Both the position numbers and the translations under genes were made by a program. From positions 6,461-70,460 of the forward strand of contig CAVFLV010000014.1 of assembly GCA_963623485.1 (NCBI GenBank): a stretch of 64,000 nt of DNA, written 5' to 3'. Of the stretch, positions 21,455 through 28,954 are shown piece after piece (positions within the stretch are counted from its first letter, which is position 1; each line of letters opens with the position of its first letter). The notes beneath the pieces were generated by a model, which was given only the letters and a program-made list of their open reading frames with translations, was not told the DNA's origin and did not search any database. This stretch comes from a bacterium (GTDB taxonomy: Bacteria; Patescibacteriota; Saccharimonadia; Saccharimonadales; Saccharimonadaceae).

Positions 21455-22050
21455 CCGCTTCAGCCAAAAAAGCACATTCCGCCTCGGTTCAAAACCGTTT
21501 GACCGGCTCGTCTCTAACCGGCCCGACTTACCTCACTATCGCACGCATGATTTTAGCGGTATTATTCATGCTCTTCGCCCTCCTTCCCGACACTTGGTGT
21601 AAGGTCCTAGCTTTTATTATTTTTATTATCGCGTCCTTAACTGACCTAATCGACGGCAAGTGGGCCCGCCAGAAAAAAATCGTCACCGACCTTGGCGCTT
21701 TTCTCGATCCGCTCGCGGACAAAATGCTGACCGGCCTCGCCTTTTTGGTCCTGGTGTATCTAGGCATCGTCCCGATTTGGGTTTTTGCAATTATTCTGGT
21801 GCGTGACTTTGCGGTAGACGGCATGCGCATGATGGCGGCCAGAAACGGCAGAACTATCGCCGCCTCGATTTATGGCAAATGGAAAACCACTTTCCAAATG
21901 ATCGCTTTGTCGATTATTCTACTCAACCTCACCACAAACCTCGTCCTATTTACCATTCTCGGCAACTTTTTCCTCTATCTTTCGCTAATGCTCACGATTT
22001 TCTCCGGCGTCGACTATTTGATCAAAGGCTACCGCGAAGTTATTAAATAA
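21451..22050 (+). CDS. pgsA: CDP-diacylglycerol--glycerol-3-phosphate 3-phosphatidyltransferase
   Basis: DLIDGKWARQ..G..LDPLADK CDP-alcohol transferase motif. ATGA overlap with the upstream stop. Confidence 0.85.
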   Translation: MTASAKKAHSASVQNRLTGSSLTGPTYLTIARMILAVLFMLFALLPDTWCKVLAFIIFIIASLTDLIDGKWARQKKIVTDLGAFLDPLADKMLTGLAFLVLVYLGIVPIWVFAIILVRDFAVDGMRMMAARNGRTIAASIYGKWKTTFQMIALSIILLNLTTNLVLFTILGNFFLYLSLMLTIFSGVDYLIKGYREVIK

Positions 22051-22729
22051 ACAGCATTATCACAGACAGCACCGAAGTCGTAAACGCGGTCGAGTCAATC
22101 CGGTCGAGGAAGCCGCCATGCCCTTCCGAGCCCCCGACCAGCATTTCTAATTTCTCAAACACCGGGTCTTTGATTAAAATCTCGTTCGAATCTTTGACCT
22201 TGAACTTGCGTTTCAAAAAACTTTCAAACAAATCCCCCGCCAGTGCCAACGGACCACAGAGCAAAAACATCCAATCCGTCGCAAAACTTCCGCGCGACGC
22301 CATCAAAATTGCGACCAGCCCCATCGCAATAATCAGCCCCAAAATCGTTCCCTCCCAAGTTTTATTTTTGGAAACTTTCGGAAACGGCCGCGACTTTTTG
22401 AAAATTTTTCCGCCACACAACTTGCCCGACAAATACGCAAAAATATCATACCCTGGCACACCGAGCAAAACATACCAAAACTGCGCTACTTCGACCTGCG
22501 CCACAAAAATCGTGCTATAAACCAAAAATGCGAGTTCTAAAATCGCCAAAATGATATTTTCAAATTCTTTTTTGCGCCGGAAGAAACTAAACAGTTCTAC
22601 CGCTGCCACCAACGCGAAAATCCCGTAGATAATCTTAAACGGCACGCCGCCAAAAGTTAATAATGACACGAGCGCTATAATGAACATCCCCGCCCCGACG
22701 GTCACCCTAACCTGAAAGTTTTTGTCCAT
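22043..22729 (-). CDS. cdsA: phosphatidate cytidylyltransferase
   Basis: SFLKRKFKVKD ... GHGGFLDRIDS signature, with about 15 extra residues inside it. Confidence 0.8.
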   Translation of the reverse strand: MDKNFQVRVTVGAGMFIIALVSLLTFGGVPFKIIYGIFALVAAVELFSFFRRKKEFENIILAILELAFLVYSTIFVAQVEVAQFWYVLLGVPGYDIFAYLSGKLCGGKIFKKSRPFPKVSKNKTWEGTILGLIIAMGLVAILMASRGSFATDWMFLLCGPLALAGDLFESFLKRKFKVKDSNEILIKDPVFEKLEMLVGGSEGHGGFLDRIDSTAFTTSVLSVIMLFI

Positions 22730-22764
22730 GTTTTAATTATATCATATTATGGTAAAATAATAAT

Positions 22765-24498
22765 ATGCCTTTAGAATTCATTTACCACAAGATTAAAAAC
22801 ACTTTGCGCAAAATCGACATCAAGCTCGAGGGCGCAAAATACAAATATATTGAAAAAATGCCAAAAGATATCGAATATTTTGACGGCGGGCTTTATGATG
22901 CGATTTATGAAGCGAGCTGTAAATATCCGCTCAACACGGCAATCAAATATTTTGACACCGAAATATCTTATCGGGATATGGTCAAAAAAATCAACAAAGT
23001 CGCGGCGGCCTTAAAAGCCATTGGCGCAGAAAAAGGCGAAAAAATCACCGTCTGTATGCCAAACACCCCCGAAGCGGTCTATATGTTCTACGCAATCAAT
23101 GAAATCGGCGCCGTGGCGAACATGGTCCACCCGCTTTCAAGCGAAAAAGAAATCGAGAATTATTTGAACAAGGCGCATTCTAAAATCATGCTCTGTATCG
23201 ACATTTCCTATCCGAAAGTCGAGGCGATTATCAAAAACACCGACCTCGAACAGGTCATTGTGGTTTCGCCGTCGCGTTCGATGGATATGATTGTGCGTGC
23301 AATCTATAAACTCACCAAGGGACGCAAAAACCACATCAAAAAATCTCAGCACGTCATCACTTGGGACCGGTTCTTGATGCGCGCTAGCCGGTTCGTTGGT
23401 AATCCCCATGCCCGGGTCAACTCTACCGACGACGCCGTGATTATGTATTCCGGCGGCACCACCGGTCGCCCGAAAGGAATTATCCTTTCGAATTTAAACT
23501 TCAACGCCCAGGCACTCGGCGCCAAATATCTTGTGCCGGAATTATTCAAAACCGACTATTCGTTTATGTCCTTCTTGCCGAACTTTCACGCTTTCGGATT
23601 GGGCTGTTGTATTCATATGCCCCTTTATTTCGGCGCAACCATCGTATTAATTCCGCAGTTTTCCGCTAAAAAGTTCAAAAGTTATATCAAAAAGTATAAA
23701 CTTAACGTATTAGTGGGCGTGCCGACCGTGTTTGAATACATGACCAAAATCAAATTTGGCAAAACCGACTTAAGACACGTTAAATACGTAGTTTCCGGCG
23801 GCGACACGGTCAGCATGACTAGCAAAGAAAACATCAACGAATTTTTAAAGGCACACGGTTCGAAGGCCGTTATCGAAAATGGCTACGGATTGACCGAGGC
23901 TTCGGGCGGTTTCATTTTCTCTCCGCGCTCTATCGCCGAGGAACCCGATTCTATCGGCTATCCAATTCCCGATAACGAAGTTTTGATTTTGGATTTAAAA
24001 ACCGGCCAACCAGTTCCGCTTGGTAAAGACGGCGAAATTGTGGTGCGCGGGCTTTCAGTTATGAAAGGCTATCTCGGCAACCCCGAGGACACCGCCGCGG
24101 CATTCACTAAAGTCGGCACCAAAAAATATCTCCGTACCGGCGATATCGGTTACCTCGACGAGCGAGGCGTGGTTCATTTCCGCTCGCGCCTAAAACGCAT
24201 GATCGTCTCAAACGGCTACAACATTTACCCCGCCAACATCGAAGATATCACTTTGAAATGTAAATTAGTGGCGAGTTGTGCCGTGGTCGGACACGAAGAT
24301 AAACTACGTGGCGAAAAGGTGGTAGTATTCGTGGTTGCCAAACCCGACGCGTCCGAACGCGCTATCCGCAAAGAGTTAGCTAGTATCTATCGCAAAAACT
24401 TAGCCAAATACGAAATCCCGCGCGAAATCAAATTCATCGCCGAACTCCCCAAAACCAAAATGGCCAAAGTCGACTTCCGCGCTTTGGAAAAAATGTAG
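22765..24498 (+). CDS. AMP-dependent synthetase/ligase (long-chain acyl-CoA ligase-like)
   Basis: YSGGTTGRPKG AMP-binding motif and GYGLTE. 577 aa. TAAAAT lies 6 nt before the ATG. Confidence 0.85.
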   Translation: MPLEFIYHKIKNTLRKIDIKLEGAKYKYIEKMPKDIEYFDGGLYDAIYEASCKYPLNTAIKYFDTEISYRDMVKKINKVAAALKAIGAEKGEKITVCMPNTPEAVYMFYAINEIGAVANMVHPLSSEKEIENYLNKAHSKIMLCIDISYPKVEAIIKNTDLEQVIVVSPSRSMDMIVRAIYKLTKGRKNHIKKSQHVITWDRFLMRASRFVGNPHARVNSTDDAVIMYSGGTTGRPKGIILSNLNFNAQALGAKYLVPELFKTDYSFMSFLPNFHAFGLGCCIHMPLYFGATIVLIPQFSAKKFKSYIKKYKLNVLVGVPTVFEYMTKIKFGKTDLRHVKYVVSGGDTVSMTSKENINEFLKAHGSKAVIENGYGLTEASGGFIFSPRSIAEEPDSIGYPIPDNEVLILDLKTGQPVPLGKDGEIVVRGLSVMKGYLGNPEDTAAAFTKVGTKKYLRTGDIGYLDERGVVHFRSRLKRMIVSNGYNIYPANIEDITLKCKLVASCAVVGHEDKLRGEKVVVFVVAKPDASERAIRKELASIYRKNLAKYEIPREIKFIAELPKTKMAKVDFRALEKM

Positions 24499-24518
24499 GT
24501 TTCATACAGTATGAGATA

Positions 24519-25051
24519 TTAAAAATAGACCGTAGCGATATCGTCGTATTCGAACGCCGCCAATTCTCTAGCCGCCTCAGCAATCAGTTTTTTCACTCCA
24601 CTTATTTGTAAAATCTGATGATAATGCAAATGCCCAGGCTCGTCATCCCAAATTCTCATTTTTGAACACTTCTCAACTTTCAGCGATGTGCTATTAAACA
24701 TTTTTCTAAGTGCTTTTTCGGTATAAGTACTATGCGCAAATGCATCAGAACAATCAAACGTGTGAACAAAAAACTTGCCGCCATTTTTTAAATTTTTTTC
24801 TATGGTCTCAATAAGTTTCTCGGGGGTTTTAACTTCTGAATTACATAATTAGAGTAAACAAAATCGTAGGGACCGCTATTAGAAATATACAATTTATTTA
24901 AGTCTACACCATAAAGAATATCTACACCATCACATCTACACCCGAGATCTTCTAGGCCTTTAATATCAACCCTGCTTCCACATCCTAAATCTAGGGCCTT
25001 TCCGGGCTTCTCGAACTCTTGCATGATATATTCTTTTAGTTCTGGATTCAT
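24519..25051 (-). pseudogene. class I SAM-dependent methyltransferase, interrupted by a frameshift in a C5 run
   Basis: The 83-aa fragment has motif I LDLGCGS and ends ..QKLKPPRNLLRP*. Shifting frame at the ccccc run (plus-strand ggggg at 24822-24826) continues PEKLIETIEKNLKNGGKFFVHTF.. into the 60-aa ORF 24519..24701. A C6 run would restore one ORF of ~175 aa. Confidence 0.7.
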
Positions 25052-25065
25052 GTATTCATTGTATC

Positions 25066-25097
25066 ATAAAAAGACCCCGAATTTTGAATTCGGGGTC
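25066..25097 (-). terminator. intrinsic terminator after the radical SAM gene
   Basis: Perfect 11-bp stem gaccccgaatt/aattcggggtc with a 3-nt loop, followed on the minus strand by TTTTT. Confidence 0.8.
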
Positions 25098-25104
25098 GTG
25101 TTTA

Positions 25105-26190
25105 TCATATCCAACATTCCGGATCTTCGCCCATAATGTCGCCACTAAACGCAAGTGCTCTCGCGCGACAACCGCAACACGAATATTTTTTCGAACAATC
25201 AGAACACTTACCATGAAGACTCATATCGAGGAACATCTTCGTTATCTTATTTTGCCGATATCTATCCGCGATTTCTTCGATTGTGAGATCGAAAACGTTC
25301 ATCATTGGGACTTCAAGAAGCGAACATGGAGTCATAACGCCATCGGAATTCACGTTAAAAGAGACAGTGCCGGCATGACAACCGTCCATGACAATTTCCG
25401 ACTCAGACGTCGGCTCATCACTCGCTCCTCTCACCAAACATTTTAATGGGTCGTTTGTAGTGACATTTATGTGTGGATACTTTTTCTTGAGATAATAAAT
25501 ATTTTCTAAAAATTGCTTTTTTTGACTACTCGTCATCCACATGTGATTATTATCTTTTGCTTTTCCGGAATAAATTACGGATGTGAAACTTATTCTTTTA
25601 CATTCTAATTCATCAGCTAAAGCAACACGTTCTACCATTTCGTCTATCACATCCGGCATAACGACGGTTTTCATAGAAGGAACGAGTTTTTCGCTCTTCC
25701 TGTTTGCAATCATCGTTAATGCAGAGGTTGCCTTATCAAAAGCTCCTTTATATCCACGAAAAGCATCGTGTGCTGCCGAATTCACAGAGTCAATACTAAC
25801 CGACAGCATGAGTCTTTCGAATGCCAATGATTCGAAAAAATCAAGCAGACCCTCTGTTATTAGTGAGCCATTCGTGGTTATAGTCAAGTAATCAGCGCCG
25901 TTGCTTCTGAGAATTTTTACGACTTCGCGAAAATTTTCATGCAACAACGGCTCTCCACCAGAAATGGTCACTTCTTTATAATCTGGACTATATTTTCTCG
26001 CAAACTTCATAATTTTCAAGATTTCGCTTAATGGCATGTCTTTTCTTGGCATGTTACTTGCCCTACAATGCGCACAGCTCATATTACAACGCCCCGTAAT
26101 TTCTATCTGTATAGGCCCAAGCTCGATATCATATATAGCTGACTCAGTTTCCACTTCAAGATATTTATAACTCTCATTACAGCAATGCAT
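25105..26190 (-). CDS. radical SAM enzyme with C-terminal SPASM domain (peptide-maturase-like)
   Basis: GRCNMSCAHC (CX3CX2C) at residues 34-43. GGEPLL. C-terminal GCHAGTVSFNVNSDGVMTPC and KCSDCSKKYSCCGC ... DPEC Cys array. AGGAGGG SD before the ATG. Confidence 0.85.
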   Translation of the reverse strand: MHCCNESYKYLEVETESAIYDIELGPIQIEITGRCNMSCAHCRASNMPRKDMPLSEILKIMKFARKYSPDYKEVTISGGEPLLHENFREVVKILRSNGADYLTITTNGSLITEGLLDFFESLAFERLMLSVSIDSVNSAAHDAFRGYKGAFDKATSALTMIANRKSEKLVPSMKTVVMPDVIDEMVERVALADELECKRISFTSVIYSGKAKDNNHMWMTSSQKKQFLENIYYLKKKYPHINVTTNDPLKCLVRGASDEPTSESEIVMDGCHAGTVSFNVNSDGVMTPCSLLEVPMMNVFDLTIEEIADRYRQNKITKMFLDMSLHGKCSDCSKKYSCCGCRARALAFSGDIMGEDPECWI

Positions 26191-26211
26191 ATTCGTCCCT
26201 CCTTTAAAAGT

Positions 26212-26242
26212 GATGGGGCGGTGTAAAAAACATCACCCCATC
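26212..26242 (-). promoter_or_regulatory. hairpin (putative attenuator/leaky terminator) between the mini-ORF and the radical SAM gene
   Basis: 12-position stem gatggggcggtg/catcaccccatc with 1 mismatch and 1 wobble. Loop is U-rich. Followed on the minus strand by CUUUUAAAGGAGGG. Confidence 0.55.
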
Positions 26243-26259
26243 TGGTTGTCTATTGATTT

Positions 26260-26319
26260 TTATTCACAACGACAACAGCTACCTTTTCCGATCCTTACAC
26301 GAAAACGACGTTTCTTCAT
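26260..26319 (-). CDS. 19-aa Cys-rich basic peptide MKKRRFRVRIGKGSCCRCE (candidate radical-SAM substrate/precursor); not in the supplied ORF track
   Basis: Hand translation of the minus strand: atg aag aaa cgt cgt ttt cgt gta agg atc gga aaa ggt agc tgt tgt cgt tgt gaa taa. Preceded by AGGAGGTG and 6 nt. 69 nt upstream of the rSAM start on the same strand. Confidence 0.6.
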   Translation of the reverse strand: MKKRRFRVRIGKGSCCRCE

Positions 26320-26381
26320 ATTTATCACCTCCTTTCTTCTTAAAGTACTGACCCGTCTGCTATATAAACGAACCTATTTTT

Positions 26382-26410
26382 ATGATAGCATACTTTTGCT
26401 ATTTTTGCAA
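26382..26410 (-). promoter_or_regulatory. putative promoter of the mini-ORF/radical SAM operon
   Basis: Minus strand TTGCAA-N17-TATCAT, about 60 nt upstream of the mini-ORF. Confidence 0.5.
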
Positions 26411-26575
26411 ATATTCCGTATTATCTCACAACCTTTGCAATATAAAATGACAACCTCTTGCCATCAAAATAGGTGGGCCCTATACTTATATCAATATCAC
26501 CTAATAAAAGGAGGACCTGTCTATGTTATATCGAAAATGTTAACTATAAAAAAGCGGTTATGAGAGTTGTATGAG

Positions 26576-27181
26576 CTATAACTGCGTCCGATTTTCGAGC
26601 GCCGCGCTCAAAGTAATTTGGTCAGCATAGGACAAATCCACCCCGAGCGGCAATCCTCGCGCTAGCCGAGTTAGCTTTAAATTCGGATTTTGCTCGTGGA
26701 GCATTTTTTCGAGTAATAAGGCCGTCGATTCCCCCTCTACCGACGGGTTTGTTGCGATAATCACTTCTTTCACGTTGTCGTTATTGACGCGCTTAATCAG
26801 CTCGCCAATATGCAGTTGCTCCGGCGTGATGCCGTCAATCGGCGACACCGCCCCACCTAGCACATGATAAGTTCCTTTAAAATTATGCGTCTGCTCTATC
26901 GCGTAAATATCTAACGGCTCCTCCACGACCAGCACCGTCGACTTGTCGCGCGTCGGGTCGGCATAAAACGGCGATACCTCGTCCTCCGCGTCAATCAACG
27001 CGAAAGTTACTGGGCAAGATTTTAGCCCTGCGTGTAGCCCCGAAATCGCCTCCGCGATATTCTCCGCGATTTTCGGATTAGAGCGAAACAAAAAGTAGGC
27101 ATACCGTTCCGCCGTTTTCGGACCTACTCCAGGTAGCCGCCCCAGCGCCTCAATTACCTCCGCCAACGCTTGTGGTAACAT
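26576..27181 (-). CDS. recR: recombination protein RecR
   Basis: LGRLPGVGPKTAERYAYFL HhH motif and Toprim region VIIATNPSVEGE. The usual C4 zinc finger is absent. Confidence 0.9.
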   Translation of the reverse strand: MLPQALAEVIEALGRLPGVGPKTAERYAYFLFRSNPKIAENIAEAISGLHAGLKSCPVTFALIDAEDEVSPFYADPTRDKSTVLVVEEPLDIYAIEQTHNFKGTYHVLGGAVSPIDGITPEQLHIGELIKRVNNDNVKEVIIATNPSVEGESTALLLEKMLHEQNPNLKLTRLARGLPLGVDLSYADQITLSAALENRTQL

Positions 27182-27183
27182 AA

Positions 27184-27492
27184 CTACATTCCGGCGCCAA
27201 ATCCGCCGAGCCCAAGTCCGCCCATTAGTGGCTTCATCTTATCTGTTGCGATTTCCTGCGCTTTTGCAAAACCGTCACGCATACAATTTTCGATCCAGCG
27301 CTCTAGTTCGTGAATATCATCCAAATCAACTTTTTCCGGGTCGATTTTAACTTTTTTGACTTTTAATTCCCCATTAATTTGCACCACCACCGCGCCGTCG
27401 CCCGCCTCGACTTCTACGATTTCGTTTTTCAGCTCTTTTTGTGCTTTACGTAGTTGGTTAACTAACTTCATTTGGTCCATTGCTTGGCCCAT
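27184..27492 (-). CDS. ybaB: YbaB/EbfC nucleoid-associated protein
   Basis: Typical ..QLRKAQKELKNEIVEVEAGDGAVVVQINGELKV.. sequence. Start at ATG 27492 after AAGGAGAG. Confidence 0.85.
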   Translation of the reverse strand: MGQAMDQMKLVNQLRKAQKELKNEIVEVEAGDGAVVVQINGELKVKKVKIDPEKVDLDDIHELERWIENCMRDGFAKAQEIATDKMKPLMGGLGLGGFGAGM

Positions 27493-27493
27493 C

Positions 27494-28939
27494 TTACTCT
27501 CCTTCTTTCTCTGCAAGTTGATATATGTATATTATATCAGAATTTTCACGCATCGGCGAGGTGATAATTTGTTTTAGCGCGTAATTTTTGGACACCGTAT
27601 CGGGCTTATTCAAAAACGCTAGCTCACTCACACTTTCGTCCGCCTGATTTACCACCATAATGTCGGTCGAAGCCTCCAAAATTTTATAAAAATCATAATT
27701 TTTATTCACTACCAAGGTCCCGCTGTCTAGATTTTTTTGAATCACCTCGAGCTCATAACTAAACTCGTCGGTAATGTTTGGATTATAATGATAACCGTAA
27801 ATATATTGCAAAAGCCCTGGGATTAAAATAATCGCAAACAGCAATCCTAACGGAAAAATCGCCGAAATTCGCGCATAAGGATTTTCCGGAAACAGCCCGT
27901 ACCACTTTTCGAGTAAATATTTTAGCCCGTGCGCCACTAAAATCGACAGCGGCAGAACGAAAAATATCACCGCTTTTTGGTCAAAACCCGTAATCGCAAG
28001 ACAAAACACAAGTAAAATCGTAGCAATCGAATTGCGCGAAGCAAAAAAGCCCTTAGTCGTCGAACATAGCCCAATTAGTGACAGTGCAAAAATCGGCAAA
28101 CTAATCAGCGGCGACAAAAACACGCTTTCTACGGTATTGTGCCACGAGAAAACTGGCGCCAGTCCCGCCGTAATGTTGCTGAAAAACTCGCCATTTTTAA
28201 AACTATCCCCCAAAAACAGCTCTTTGATTGTTTCTGGATGATTACAAACGCTGATTCCGAGCAGCACAAATCCCGCGATAATAAACGCACCAATCGCCAC
28301 CAGAATCAGTTTTGGCAAATTTTTGATAATAAAACGCAAATGTGGCTGACATAATACAAAAATGACGCAAAAAATCGTAAAATAAATCATGAACGGCGTG
28401 AATACAGACAGCAGCATGATAATTGCAAACAAAAAACTATACACCGGCTTGGGGCGTTTTACGCCCTGGATTTTAGAGCCGAGCCAGAGCATTAGCGTCG
28501 GCCAAAACACCAACATAATGAGTGGCGTGCCTGAGCCGGCGAGAAACAAAAACGGCGTCGAAAGAATAATTAAACACGACGCGAGCAGGGAGACGTTATT
28601 TTTAAACCACCGACCGAGTAACAGTACTAACAGTAGCCCCAAAAACAACCCCACAATAATACTCGGCAGCTTGATCGCATACGGAGTTAGCCCGAACGCC
28701 ATAATTGAAACTTTTTGCAGTAATCGGTATGGCAAATCCACTAAATCGCCGTGTAAAATCCGTTCCATATTTAGATAATATGACCCAGTCGCCGAGTTAA
28801 TTTCGGCTTCCGACAGCCCGGTTTGGGCTACCGCCGGCATCAAAAATAGCAGCGTTACAAAAGCCAGAGTTAAAAGGGTATAACCAATCGCAAAACGATG
28901 CTTATATAAAAAAAGTTTAGAAATAATAATTTTCTTCAC
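27494..28939 (-). CDS. polytopic membrane protein, possible GT-C (family 39-like) glycosyltransferase
   Basis: 481 aa with about 11-12 TM helices plus a C-terminal soluble domain. Resemblance to the ArnT/PMT layout is by topology only. Confidence 0.4.
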   Translation of the reverse strand: MKKIIISKLFLYKHRFAIGYTLLTLAFVTLLFLMPAVAQTGLSEAEINSATGSYYLNMERILHGDLVDLPYRLLQKVSIMAFGLTPYAIKLPSIIVGLFLGLLLVLLLGRWFKNNVSLLASCLIILSTPFLFLAGSGTPLIMLVFWPTLMLWLGSKIQGVKRPKPVYSFLFAIIMLLSVFTPFMIYFTIFCVIFVLCQPHLRFIIKNLPKLILVAIGAFIIAGFVLLGISVCNHPETIKELFLGDSFKNGEFFSNITAGLAPVFSWHNTVESVFLSPLISLPIFALSLIGLCSTTKGFFASRNSIATILLVFCLAITGFDQKAVIFFVLPLSILVAHGLKYLLEKWYGLFPENPYARISAIFPLGLLFAIILIPGLLQYIYGYHYNPNITDEFSYELEVIQKNLDSGTLVVNKNYDFYKILEASTDIMVVNQADESVSELAFLNKPDTVSKNYALKQIITSPMRENSDIIYIYQLAEKEGE

Positions 28940-28954
28940 TATTTAATTATACAT

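Noticed and set aside
26523-26543. Plus-strand 6-codon ORF MLYRKC preceded by a strong AAAGGAGGA
   Set aside because: It is too short to evaluate, points into the recR 3' end and has no visible promoter. It is most likely a chance SD-like sequence. I kept it only as a note because it ends in Cys and lies near the rSAM locus.
26210-26563. 117-aa plus-strand ORF from the track covering the mini-ORF/promoter region
   Set aside because: It lies antisense to the mini-ORF, its SD and its promoter. It has no SD, an odd Phe/Leu/Ile-rich composition and no recognisable homology. The minus-strand signals explain the region better.
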